From assembly GCA_002269645.1 (NCBI GenBank), contig NIVC01000293.1:124001-188000 (forward strand): a DNA stretch of 64,000 nucleotides, in the 5' to 3' direction. Shown here one piece after another: positions 12,748-24,911 of the stretch; the stretch's first letter is position 1; the number at the start of each line of letters is the position of its first letter. Origin of the DNA: Macrostomum lignano. Taxonomy: Eukaryota. Position numbers and translations under genes: made by a program. The notes below the pieces were generated by a model. That model saw only the letters and a list, made by a program, of their open reading frames with translations, did not search any database and was not told where the DNA came from.

Positions 12748-14331
12748 TTAACCAATAGAAACGCGGCCAAGGAGTTGGTGATCGCATGACATGTACGCAA
12801 GAATAACGAAACAACTTGTGGAACCAAAGTAACCATCACCGCAGATGATAGATTCGCAGGTACTACCAGCGACATTGAACCCACACAATCGGCATTTTTG
12901 TTGCAGATTGTCAGCACTCTGTCTCATACAATTTGGGCAGATATAGCTAGATCGACAAGTTTGGCAATAGCTCACGTAGTTGAAACCAGAGGTTGACAGA
13001 CTCAAGCTTCTCAACCGCTGCCCTGAGCTGCTCACAAAAACCACATTTCCATTAGTTTCGCAGACTGCAATAAATATAGAGCCAATAACAGCGATACAAA
13101 AGTTCTGACTGTCTATCAGCTTCTTCACACCACCGGTGCCGATGTTTAATCGATGCACAGTTGATGGAGTAGCCAGAATTAAGCTGCGTCCTGAAGCTGT
13201 TACACTGCGAGCGTCCTTCACATGATCAGGCAGCTTCAAGCTCTGCTGCAGCTCAAGCGACTCCAGAGAGAGGCAGTTCACACAACCGTAGCTAAGAATG
13301 TACAGCTTCTCCATGTCATGAGTGAGGCTTATTGCAGCTTCGCACTGCACATTCTGGACACTTCGCAACTGGGTGCCAGTCAGGTCAGTCACAAATAGGG
13401 ACTGATTGGTTCCAAGAAGAAATATCTGCTGAAGGTGATCTACAAGAGTACCTGCAGCTAGCTGCACACCGTCGTTATTAACGTTCCACTGACTGATTAT
13501 TTGCATGTCTGAATTAAAAACCGAGAAAAACCAATGCTGGAAACTATTATTGTTAGCCACACAAAAAGTGCTTCCGCTAGGGAGAGCTTGAAATCCGTTT
13601 TGGTTTGTCTTCGTGACTGCTTGAGCTGAGAAATAGTATCCAGCAGTATTGCAGCAAACAGCAGCCATACGATAGCGTACATTGTTGGCCAAATTAAGCG
13701 CCACGTTAACATTGGGCACAGCAGACTTAAATCTACTTTCTCGCTTCTTATCCTCAGGATCCTCAGCCTCGACGGCCACAGTTTCAACAGCCTGTTGCAA
13801 TCTCAGTACCTGGTGCACGCTGTTGTCTACCGGATCGACAAACTCTTCTGATATCGGGGCATCCTCAAGAGAGATCTGGACCTCTTGATGCAGCCTGAAT
13901 CCTTTAGTTGAAACACCTTTGGCTTCCTCCTCGCCGATCTCGACAGAAAGTTTTTCTATGAAACTGAGAGCTCTCAAATTCTGCTCCACATGGTCTATTT
14001 TAGAGTCCAATCTGCTCATCACATTTTCTCTGCACTGCTGCAATCTCTGAAAGATTGCGTCAAACAGGTCAGCGGCCTCAGCTCTGTCGCTGGTCAGTTC
14101 AAACAGAGCTCCCCGGTTTGCTTTTAAGAGCTCGTTCGTCTTTGATAATGGTTCAGTGTTCTTTGATTTTATATCGGCGTATCTCTCCTCGAAAATCTTT
14201 TCATCTTTACCGAGATGCCGCTCGCAGAGTTGCCCGCTCCAGAATTTGCCAAGACCTGACGACGGCTCCGTGCAATGCGTCATGGTGCACGTCCGTGCGT
14301 CGGTATCTGCATCGACGCTTTCAGTTTGCAT
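12748..14331 (-). CDS. Array family copy A2, intact 527 aa
   Basis: Uninterrupted ORF with C-x4-C-x15-C-x2-H near the N-terminus, helical/coiled-coil middle and beta-rich C-terminal half; carries an extra CPNC...CRLC insertion; a polypyrimidine-AG precedes the ATG by 2 nt. Confidence 0.92.
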   Translation of the reverse strand: MQTESVDADTDARTCTMTHCTEPSSGLGKFWSGQLCERHLGKDEKIFEERYADIKSKNTEPLSKTNELLKANRGALFELTSDRAEAADLFDAIFQRLQQCRENVMSRLDSKIDHVEQNLRALSFIEKLSVEIGEEEAKGVSTKGFRLHQEVQISLEDAPISEEFVDPVDNSVHQVLRLQQAVETVAVEAEDPEDKKRESRFKSAVPNVNVALNLANNVRYRMAAVCCNTAGYYFSAQAVTKTNQNGFQALPSGSTFCVANNNSFQHWFFSVFNSDMQIISQWNVNNDGVQLAAGTLVDHLQQIFLLGTNQSLFVTDLTGTQLRSVQNVQCEAAISLTHDMEKLYILSYGCVNCLSLESLELQQSLKLPDHVKDARSVTASGRSLILATPSTVHRLNIGTGGVKKLIDSQNFCIAVIGSIFIAVCETNGNVVFVSSSGQRLRSLSLSTSGFNYVSYCQTCRSSYICPNCMRQSADNLQQKCRLCGFNVAGSTCESIICGDGYFGSTSCFVILAYMSCDHQLLGRVSIG

Positions 14332-14695
14332 AGCTGAAAAGAGAAAATATTAGCTAGTAAATATACGAGCAATACTAAATATGTATAAATAATGAATTCT
14401 AGGCGCCGCTGAATCTGTGTTATGGCCCTGATTTTATAAAAAACTAGTCAACATATTTTTAATCCAAATGGCGATAGTAGAATACGGTTAATGCATAGAC
14501 ACATTCGAGAAATTGTTGAAGCTTAGGCGTTTAAATATGATGCCCTAATTTTGAGTCATAAAAGTTATTAGTTAAAATGCATTGCAGCATTACTGAAAAT
14601 CAGGTGACTAGCTACTTTCGTGTTCTAATTTATCAACGGTTCCGTTTTGTAGCTCGTAAAACTAAAACTTGTGTAAACTTATTCAAGCTGGTAAG

Positions 14696-16247
14696 TAGGG
14701 GGCGACCCAGTCCCGGGCCCGGGCCCGAAAAGTCGGGAATCCCGACCAAAATCGTGGCCCGACCCGGGCCCGGGCCCGACCCTAAAAAAGTCGGGAAATC
14801 GGGACAAGTCTTTTTTCCCTAAAGGCACTAACCGCGTGCGAATAAGAATAAAATTATTTTTATTCACAGCACAGCACAACACTCAGTTAAGCATCGCATC
14901 AGCACTCAAGACTCAAGCACTGCACGACTGCAGTAATAGTAATAGATGATATGATGTGAAGTAGCAATATCATTGATTTGTAGTATGCTCTTAGCGTGAG
15001 CGTCTGTGACTGTGACCGTGAGCGTCAGCCACAGCCAGTTTCCACTTTCCAGGAAGATCGGATTTTTTCCAGGAAGATAAAATTAAAACATAGTTTTGCA
15101 ATACTTTTTTGCAATATTGATTCCACTTTACACGCTGCAGGCTGCAGCCTAAAAGCAAAAATATGATTCTTAAAAAAGTTGATTTGTCAATTTTAAGCTT
15201 TTGTAAATAACATTCCTATTTACATTCCAAGAAGTACCTATTAAGGGCCAAGGCTACCATTTTTCCAAGAAGTTTGCTATCTGTCAGAGTTTGTAATCGT
15301 GTTCATATTTGTATTGTATTCGTAGGTAGTTGTAGTCGTAGACTCATAGTATCATATTCGTAATCATATTCGTTTAGGTAGGTAGGTGAGCAGGTAGGCA
15401 GGTATCAGCTAATTACTTGTATTTCCATTGTCTGTTTGCCTGTTCTGTTGAGACAGTTGAGTGTTGTGTTGTGTTGTCACTTCACTTGTGTTCTGTTCTG
15501 TTGTCTTGTCTTGTTGTCTTATTGAATACTGACTGTGTACATGGCTCTTTACATTGAAGCTATGTAAAGGAACTAAAAATTCAAATAAAAGAATCAATCA
15601 ATTGATTTGGTTCTTACTTCCTTATTGCTTCCAATGCCAAGTGCCTTACACTTAATGCTTCAGCTTTTCTTCTTTTTGCTTACTGCCACTGCCAGTGCCA
15701 GCCGCACTACCGCAGTGCCTGCTTGCCTACCTCACTGCCTATTAGTGTCACTGTCACTGGCACACACACAGTACTTGTGCCACACAGTGACATTGAATTT
15801 GAACTATTGGGTATATTGATATTTGAGTATTAAGTCTTTTAATGTAACTCTTATCTATTCTGAAGTCTTAACTAATATAATGTATTAAATAAAAATAATA
15901 TTTATTATATTATATATTTAATATATATTTAATTTAATATATTATATTTATTATATTTATATATTATTATATATTCAATATATTTATATATTATAATGTA
16001 TTTAATGTTTATCATATATTTATTATACATTTAATATATTAAATTAGATTTAATATATCTATATATTTATTATATATTTAATAGTAATCCGCATATGCTA
16101 AAAGTATTAAGATTTATTATGATTTTTTTTCCAATTATTGAGCTGTCCTAAAGATCTTGTCCCGAATTCCCGAGGCCCGACCCGGGCCCGAGTCCTCATT
16201 CCCGGGCCCGACCCGGGCCCGACTTTGGCTGTCCCGGTCGCCCCCTA
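14696..16247. mobile_element. Non-autonomous hAT-type element, 1552 bp
   Basis: Perfect 12-bp TIR TAGGGGGCGACC, 8-bp TSD CTGGTAAG at 14688-14695 and 16248-16255, subterminal CCCGGGCCCGA repeats at both ends, AT-rich interior. Confidence 0.93.
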
Positions 16248-16259
16248 CTGGTAAGCAAT

Positions 16260-16620
16260 AGCAGACAGTGCTTCCAGTTTCTCACGCAGTCTCTCAATAA
16301 AAAAGGCTACTGTCCACTGGATCGACCCGTTATTTAAAACCAGTGCACCTCGAACCGATATCTCATGCTTCAACCTAGTTTGGAGACTGGAGGCTGCCAA
16401 CAAGATTTCTTTGTGACTCCGTAACTCTAGTTTCAGCTAAAATATTTTCTAGAAAAACTGTCTGACCCTCATATGCTCAGTATGAATTTACAAATCCACT
16501 CTACTCATAACCTACTCTGCAGTGCTGCACACTTTCAAGATTAGCGTTAAACAGGTCAGCTGCTTCAGCATTGTCACTTATTAGCCCGAGCTGAGCAATA
16601 TTGGCATGTTTAATAGTAAG
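16260..16620 (-). pseudogene. Highly decayed array family copy
   Basis: LISDNAEAADLFNANLESVQHCR matches LTSDRAEAADLFDAIFQRLQQCR; further downstream RLKHEISV and VDPVDSS occur in shifted frames. Confidence 0.75.
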
Positions 16621-16799
16621 ACTCATTTTATTTGCACCTCGGTGCAAGTAAATGCTGCGACCTCCCTGTGGTGAAGTTGAAGAGCTGCGGTGGCCAACAG
16701 AGGCAGAACAAAGCGACGGCAGTGGAGCGAACGTCGGCGTATTGAGCGGACGTGCAGGCAGCCGGTCTAGCAGGATGACCTCAGCAAGCGAGGGCAGAG

Positions 16800-17100
16800 C
16801 TGGAGAGGCTCCGTAAGAGCAGACGGCCAACTTAAGAGGCGGAGGAGGCGCTGGAAGCTGTCTACCTGCAGCGGCAACAGACAGCTGTTGACGACGCCAT
16901 CCCGGCCGCCACCGGCGCTGGACACAAAGCCAAAGGGCGTGTTACCTGGTCCGCCATCAACGCTCTGACTGGGGCGAAAGCGGCGCATCCCGCTCAACCT
17001 GGCTGGCGACACTCCAGATAAGCGCAGAAATGAGCTGCGCGAGTTCTTCGCTATCATCATCAAGGCGCCCCCGCTGCCTAACAATCTGAGGCTGCTTAGC
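16800..17100 (+). mobile_element. Probable decayed non-LTR retrotransposon ORF2 fragment
   Basis: Broken reading EAEEALEAVYLQRQQTAVDDAI...GRVTWSAINALTG(R)KRRIPLNLAGDTPDKRRNELREFF resembles the endonuclease-RT linker region of LINEs. Recognition from memory; not searched. Confidence 0.45.
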
Positions 17101-19899
17101 TGCTACCCGGGACGCTGTTGCCCTCAGTGAAAGGCTTCGAATAGCAGTATAAGTTGGAGCTGAATTAATGCCACGCCACAAAAACCCGGTTGGCAAAGCA
17201 AAAATTGATAGTAATCGAGCAAGAACGGAAACGCAAGAGGAACAGCTCAAACAAAGGCATAAAACCCTCAGTAGGCATGGGGGCGCTGCACACAAGGGGG
17301 TAGAAAGGACACAACCGCGCCAACCCCACGCGCACACACAAAGCACTAAGTTAAAGGGTGCTACTAAAGGGCACGCCTCACTACACACCAAGGCAACCGT
17401 TGAGTTTTAAACTTATCCGATTCGGGTGTCACAAAATACATATATTTTGACATTTTTATTGAGAAACCGAGCCTAGGAGCGTATACGTCTTGAGAGTTTA
17501 TTAGTAAAAACAGCTCTAAAGTAGACAGGTGTTGACAAAATTAGCTATTTTTATTGTCTAAGCCAACAGTCAACTCCAAGCAAAACTCATAAAAGGCTTA
17601 GGGCAAAAAGAGCAAAATAGAGCAGCTAACAGCTATCGATTTTGCTAGCTGAGATGACACTATAGCGAGCAACTATTTGAAAGCCTTTCTGAAGTTGAAT
17701 CTGAGTCAAATTCAAAGGTTTTCATGCTTTTCGGCACCCCAGTTTATGGGTAATCTAAATTTTAAATTTGGGGGAATCCCAGAAAAAAATACCCACTAAT
17801 CCGGGCTTGTGTACAAACCCTAATGCTGCAGTCAACGCAACCTACTACTCAAGTGATTCCCGATTGTCTCTCCAAATCCCAGCTAGATCCTAAAACAGTC
17901 TAATCCAAAAACACGCGGTGGACAGCGGCTTACGTGGCGTTTTTCAGCAGCGGAGAATAGTCGCTCGTATATTGGCAGATTACGATGGGGGCGCTGACGA
18001 ACAGAGCAGGTGTACGCGATCGAAAAAGGGGCAGCTGGGGACCGCCAATTAAACACAGTTTAAGCCCAAACGGGAGGACAGGAAAGCAGTCCGGAGAGGG
18101 CCGAGAAAGTGGCCTGTAAGGGATCTCAATAAATAGAGCTGCCAGGCCGGGCGCATGGGGAGGGGAGAAAGAACTTGGGAAAAGAAAACCGGGAGTTAAG
18201 TAGACACAACAAAGGCCCAGCCAATCAATTAGAGAAAGATGACTTAACCCTGGGCATCCAATCACACGCGAGACGGAAGTAAAACCACCACAACTAGACT
18301 ACATTAGCAGAAGGTATAAAAATGGGTGACTATTTGGGGGCGGGGGGTGACTAAGCAGCCAGACGGCTACAAGGGTGGGTTGGGGCTGACAATACACTAA
18401 AATCAAGCAAGGCTGGCTAGGTGGAGAACTACACGTGTAGCCCATTCACTACATAAAAATAAATGCTCTACAACACCTAAAAATAATTAACTATAGTATT
18501 ATTCATTTTGATAAGCTGATGTGCTTGTTACCGACATTGCAGAGTCTCTCATTAAGAAATTCATTAGCTGTACCAAAAAACTGTAGAGAAACTGCGTGTT
18601 AAGAAGGCTTAGTGGCCAAATGATGAAGTCTATATACAATGCTATGTACAATCAAAAGAACGAATACAAAAATATATTTTTTTCTCATTGCTCTGTTTTG
18701 GAATCACTCAATTCGCTAGAAAATCGAAACAAAACAAGTTCTACTTTTGTAGCATTCAAGAGAAGTAAAGCAGAAGCCTAAAAGGCTCAGTATACAAAAA
18801 TGTCAAAATTGAAAACAAATCAATCCAATCAAACTGTCAAGAAATTGACAGGAAAAATAAAGTAAGTACAACGAATATATAAAATTGCACGCAATGTTGC
18901 TAAAACATAAAATTGATCAGAAGTTAAATTTTGCAATTGGTAAGGCACACAAATAGGTGCACAAAACTACTATTACTGAAATCACAGGTAAATAATGGCT
19001 ATTCTGGATATACAATTTCACCATAAATCTAAGCAAAAGACCACAAGCTTGTGTAAAACCAAGCTGAGGGAGGTAAGTAAAATCAAAACAGACATTAAAG
19101 AGAAAGCTTAGCTAATCTTAGTTCTAATTTTAAATTCCAATAATTTCTACAAGGATGTCACCATAAAGCTCTACAATGGAACCCAAAGCTAGGTCCCGCA
19201 CCAAACCGACTGGAGTGCATAACTGCTCGGAACAGTTGCCTAAAATCGCCCAGATCCCGTCGCGGTCTCTCCCTTGATGTCTTAGAGAATAAAGTGCATA
19301 AAATGGGGATATAACGTCAATTTAGGACATTAAAGAACCCAAAACGAAGCCTTAAAGCTACTAGAATCGGTAGCTGGTCGGACCAATTGATTAGAAACGC
19401 GAACATGTCAATCAGGTCTCCTCTTAGAAACATCAGGTTTGCTCAACAAATTGTACAAGTAGCAAATCACGAATTGCATCATTTTATTTTTTCTTTCATT
19501 CCAGTACTTAGTTAGACCTCCCATATGTAAATATAAAAAACACATGGAAATAGACGAAAACGGCCCATATGCTATGTGGCAATGATTCGAGTACATAAAA
19601 AGCAATAAAAATCGGGTTGATGGAAAATAAGAATTGGAATTCAGCATTGAAAAAAGTATTTTTTTACTTTTTTAACGTTGACTGAAAATAAATTCTAATT
19701 CTTATTTAGAGCAATTCAAATTACTCAAATCACTGTTTTGAAAGTATATCACGGCATGTTCTATATCATACGATAGCTTGGCCACAGCGGGAAATATGGT
19801 TTAGAATCAATAGCACCACAATTAAACGCCAACTAACTTATCACGCAAATTTTCTTAGACACAATACTGAAGGGGCCACAAACACACAAGCTAATTTCA

Positions 19900-21640
19900 A
19901 GAAAAAGTAATAACTAAGATGTACAGCTCGTCCAAAATCAAACTGAACTGCAAACAAGCAAACTCTAAAGTGCAAATAAAACGGAAGATTTTTAACTTAT
20001 TCTATAAATTTTTGCATAAACATAAATTTGACTAAGCAAACATAAACTTTAGTAGGCTTGCAAATACAAAAATAACTTCATATTTTACTTTCAAGACCAT
20101 ACTATAACTTAAAAACCAGCCAAAGCAATACAGTGAGTGACATCTCCGGTGGATATTAGTGACTACTTTTCAGATAATAATCGTACAAAAAAATACGGAA
20201 AAACTGCTTTGAGTTTTGAGTTTTTAGTAAAATATTGTACACTGAACTTAGATTATTTATGATCATGGGCACGTCAAAAAAAGTCGAAGGTTGAAACCGC
20301 TTAACCACAGCTATGTATATTACTATATTAAAACAGCGAACATCTGAAACGAGGTAACAGCTCAATATTCACCAACAGTAACGCACCCAAGGAGTCGGTG
20401 ACAAAATGGCATCTGCACAATAATAACGAAACAGCTTCTGGAATTTAAATAGGCTCCGCAGCCGATAATATAGTAGGTGACAGTATTCGTACTACGCTGT
20501 GCACTAGCTTGACTATTGTGATTCAATTTAAAACCAGAGTTTGACAGAGTGAAACTTTTTAACTGCTGCCCTGAGACATTCTCAGCTAGTCTGCCCATGA
20601 GGTTTGCCCATTATGTAAGCTTGATACGAAAAATCGGACATATTTGCAACAGAATGTTCATAGTCACTTGGTGTAACCTGTTGAAGGTGCCGACGGCGTC
20701 CGGGTGTTGACGGAATGCTCAAGAGACTAGCTGAGGATGTCCAGCAGTTGATTCTTGCCCGCTGTCGAGGCTTGATCAGTGAATCTAGAGAAATTCTAAT
20801 CAGGCTGTCCATAGTCACCTGGTGTCATCTGTTGAAGGTCCAGAAGCTCCGCCTGGGTGAAGGCTAGTGACCAACGAAGACAGAGCTGATGCAGACACAT
20901 GTGGTCGACGTGCTGTTTAAATTTGGAGACTTGGCAAGGCTGCACTGAGGCGCAGTGCTGATTGGCGCACAGGGGTGTACTGAATACACTAGCGCTTATG
21001 GGAAAAATCCGACCTTCAGGTAGAATCGTCGAATATCTCGACGGTCCGGAGGGCTGGCGACTTGATTCTTGTTTGAGAATGTGCGCAACAAAAAGTTAGT
21101 CCGTGTTCTTGAATTTCGTGTGCCTGCGTTGCTTCGTTCGGCGCAGCAAAAAAATTGTCTTTGATTCCCCCCCCCCTCTTGGTAGTTCTACCGTTAAGGT
21201 CTTCAGTTCACTTTAGAATCAATCAATGCAATGCAGTAGCCATTGGCGAAAGTCTGCTGGCGTAGTGACAACTTACATTATGTTAAAACGCATTTCCGAT
21301 AAATACATTTATATGATTTAAATCCTGACCAATTTAAAAAATATACCGGGCTTGATGACCAACATATCAAAAAGAAGACGCGGTTTGAGAACAAATGACC
21401 GGAAAACATCTTAAGATCTTAAAAATCTCAAAACATCTCAAAAATTGCAAGCAAAATTGTGGGGTTTTGTTGTACGCTCGTAGATGTTGCAGTTAGCTTC
21501 ATCTATAAAGCTACTTGTCTTCGATAAATTTTAAACTGTGTCGTTAGTTAGCTTTTTCGAAATGATACCTTACTAGAGTAAAGTAAAAGTCTGAACAAAA
21601 CTGCATAACAGCGACTGGATTAACCAATAGAAACGCGCCA
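19900..21640. repeat. Second copy of the 1-1836 block; its left flank (~18850-19900) is also homologous to ~9600-12350
   Basis: See 1-1836. Further shared motifs: gatagctggtcggacca at ~10605 vs ggtagctggtcggacca at ~19370, and gggaaatatggtt at ~12058 and ~19790. Confidence 0.9.
20362..20581 (-). pseudogene. 3' fragment of array family gene (copy P0'), duplicate of 553-772
   Basis: SGQQLKSFTLSNSGF...PFCHRLLGCVTVGEY*. Confidence 0.85.
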
Positions 21641-23130
21641 AAGGAGTCGGTGACTGCATGACCTGTGCACAAGAAGAACGAAACAGCTTGTGGAATCTAG
21701 GTAGGCACCGCTGCAGATTATAGATTGGCAGGTGGTATTGTAATTGCCCTGTCGACAAGTTTGGCAATAGTTTACGTAGTTGAAACCCGAGTTTGTCAGA
21801 CTGAAACTTTTCAACCGCTGCCCTGAGCTGCTTAAAAAAACAGCATTTCCATTAGTTTCGAACACTGCAATTAATCCAGAGTCAATGACAGCGACACAAA
21901 AGTTTTGACTGTCCATCAGCTTTATCACACCACCGGTGCAGATGTTTAATCGATGTACAGCTGATGGGGTGGACAGTATTAAGCCGCGTCTTGAAACTGC
22001 TACACTCCGAGCGTCCTTCAAATGATCAGGCAGCTTCAAGCTCTGCTGCAGCACAAGCGACCCCAGAGAGAGGCAGTTCACGCAACCGTTGCTAAGAATG
22101 TACAGCTTCTCCATGTCATGAGTGAGGCGTAGTGGAGGTTGGAACTGCACATTATGGACACTTCGCAACTGGGCGCCACTCAGGTCAGTCACAATTAGGG
22201 ACCGATTGGTTCCAAGAAGGAATATCTGCTGAAGATGATCGACAAGAGTACCTGAAGCTAGCTGCACTCCGTTGTTCTTAACGTTCCACTGGCTGATAAT
22301 TTGCATGTCTGAATTACAGACCATGAAAAACCAATACGGCGAATCATTAGCCACACAAAAAGTGCTTCCGCTAGGGAGAGCTTGAAATCCGTATTGGTAT
22401 GTCTTCGAGACTGCTTGCGATGAGAAATAGTATCCAGCAGTATTGTTACAAACAGCAGCGAAAATATATTGATACGAAACATTGGCTAAATTAGACACAT
22501 TTACTTTGGGCACGGCAGACTCTATTCTAGCTTTTAGATTCTTGTCCTGGACTTCAGGATTCTCGGCCTCAGCGGCCATAGTCTCAACAGCCTGTTGCAA
22601 TCTCAGTACCTGCTGCACACTGTTGTCTACCGGATCGACAAACTCTTCTGATATCGGGGCATCCTCAAGCGAGATCCGGACCTCTTGATGCAGCCTGAAT
22701 CCTTTAGTTGAAACACCTTTGGCTTCCTCCTCGCCGATCTCGACCGAAAGTTTCTCTATGAAGCCGAGAGCTCTCAAGTTCTGCTCCACATTGTCTATTT
22801 TAGAGTCCAATCTGCTCATCACATTTTCTCTGCACTGCTGCAATCTCTGAAATATTGCGTCAAACAGGTCAGCGGCCTCAGCTCTGTCGCTGGTCAGATC
22901 AAACAGAGCTTCCCTGTTTGCTTTTAACAGTTCATCAGTCTTCGACAATACCTCAGTGTTTTTTTTTTTATATCGGCGTATCTCTTTGTAAAAATCTTGT
23001 CATCTTTAACGAGATGTCGATCGCAGAGTAGCCCGCTCCAGAATTTGCCGAGACCGGACGAGGGTTCCGTGCAACGCGTCATGGTGCACGTCTGTGCATC
23101 GGATTCTGCATCGACACTTTCAGTTGCCAT
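21620..23130 (-). CDS. Array family copy A3, full length except a 1-nt frameshift in a T-run at 22959-22969
   Basis: MATESVDAESDAQTCTMTRC...RYADIKK (from 23130) continues in another frame as ...SKTDELLKANREALF...LLWRVSIG*. The run has 11 T where paralogs have 12 nt. Confidence 0.85.
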
Positions 23131-23299
23131 AGCTAAAAAGAGAAATAACAAACATAGTATTAGCTATTAAACATATAAGAAATACAATATTGTCTTGATA
23201 GTAAGATACACCGGTTGTGCCAACAGAAAACTCTGTATATTATTTGCAGATAGCTGCTCTTCGTAGCAGTACAATGTTGCATTAGAAACAGAGAGAAGG

Positions 23300-24911
23300 C
23301 TAGAAGGAAGATAGCTTACAGAGGCAATACAGCAATTGGACTTTATTGGCTCGCGAAGGCGTATTCAGCATACCAGTGAGGTATGAGACAAGCTAGGTCT
23401 GTGGGCTAAGGTTAGCGATGCTTTACGCCCATCCCTATTTTTAGCTGGTACAGGCCGGTTGGAGATCCGCAGCACTCCTCAGAGCCGCAGACTCCCCTAC
23501 GCTGTCTCGGAAGTCCATCCAGGGGTACTTGTCCCCGTGAGTGTTCAAAGCAGATCCTAGGGCTGCTGAACAGACTGGGCTCCAACGCTAGTTACCCCAT
23601 CCAGTGGCTTTAGCCGAACTTGGGTATGCTGGTCTGGCTCGCCAGTCCACCGGCCGTGGTACTGCTTAACGTACCCTCTAATGCCTAAGGTGTTGACAGG
23701 GCAGATGGGCTGGAAGGCCGGGGAGTAGTCCGGTCGCTAGCGGTCTTTTTTGTCAAACCGGCTGGCTTAGGAGAGTCGGCTACTCGGGTACTCAACTTGC
23801 GTAACGAGTAGCCGTCCTCCCACTTTTCAGCTATAGCCACAACGCCAATCTTAAAGAAACGGACCCGATCGCCCCTGGCCCACCGCGATCAGCTGCTTTG
23901 GCAGCTACTCCTCTTAGCTTTAACCCGACGTGAGGGTTTTCGACAGGGACAGCGACCTGACGCCTGAGCAACCCGACATCGCGTCGACCATTGACGAGGG
24001 CCTATTAAATGGTGCCTTCGTGGACATCGCGAAGTACACCAAGACAAACGGGTGCATCCTCCTGTGGTGCATATCCGAGGAGAGCCCCCAACTCCTGCGG
24101 GTCGCGGGATAAGCTGCAAAAGTTCGGCTGGCACAGCGACCCGGGTCAGCTGACTTTCCCCTTGGAGAGGGAGCGGCCCTAAATCATCCATCATCGGATT
24201 TGGATCCCGGACGCCAGCGCGATTAAGTCCAGGCAGCTTCTGCTCACGCGGCACCCGGATCCTGACGCCAGTGGTCTTGTATACTACAACACGGTCCGCA
24301 AGGGCACGACCAAGGCCACCGTCATCTTCGGACCAAATGGCTCGACCCTCAACTTGGTCTCCATCAACTGATCATCCTTTGCTGAGGAGGACAAGATGGA
24401 AGTCAAGAATGTCAGGAAGCGCACTGCAACCGCAAGGGGAGCTGGGGCTCAGGCTTCGCCGGCCAAGCAACATCAACCAGACCCAGAGCCTAATAGGGCA
24501 ATCCGCGCTGCTGAGTCTGCCTCGGGTGAACGTAGACCTGCCCGTAGAAGCCGACGGTCCGGGCTAATTCAGCGCGTCCTTATCAAAGCTTAGTCCCCGA
24601 GACTTCACCTCGAGCGGACTCGTGCCGCTCGTCAAACTGCTCAAAGCCAGCCAAAGGAACTGGACGATGGCACGGCACGGCTCGGCCATCCAACTAGTGG
24701 GATTGCCACCAGGATGCTGCCGACCGAGTCTAGACTCCTGACGGTGGGGCGCAAGGCGAGGGCAGCAGCCATACTTCAGTCGCTGGAGAGTAAGGCGGTG
24801 CAGAGCGGCCAGGTCTCACCTGCCGCGGGCGCCGCGTACACCACGGCGGCTGGGGAGGCGGCTGAGCCCAAGCCAATGGAAATAGGCAACTCAACCTTTA
24901 ACGATGTGTAG
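23300..24911 (+). mobile_element. Possible decayed 5' UTR and ORF1 (gag-like) of a non-LTR retrotransposon
   Basis: GC-rich insert with broken coding-like frames (RVFDRDSDLTPEQ..., RIWIPDASAIKSRQLL...TVIFGPNG) ending AEPKPMEIG, similar in style to the ORF1 tail at 38701-38892. No diagnostic motif. Confidence 0.4.

Noticed and set aside
15890-16085. Extreme AT stretch
   Set aside because: Low-complexity interior of the hAT-type element; no defined unit or function.
17160-18400. Possible solo LTRs (also ~57810-58630)
   Set aside because: LTR-like composition and GTGTCAC ends, but no TG...CA pair with matching TSD, PBS or PPT could be fixed.
23440-23700. HDV-like ribozyme in a putative LINE 5' UTR
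   Set aside because: Partial motifs (TCCAC/TCCTC, CTAAT) are present, but I could not build a consistent nested double pseudoknot by eye; needs a covariance or RNAMotif search.
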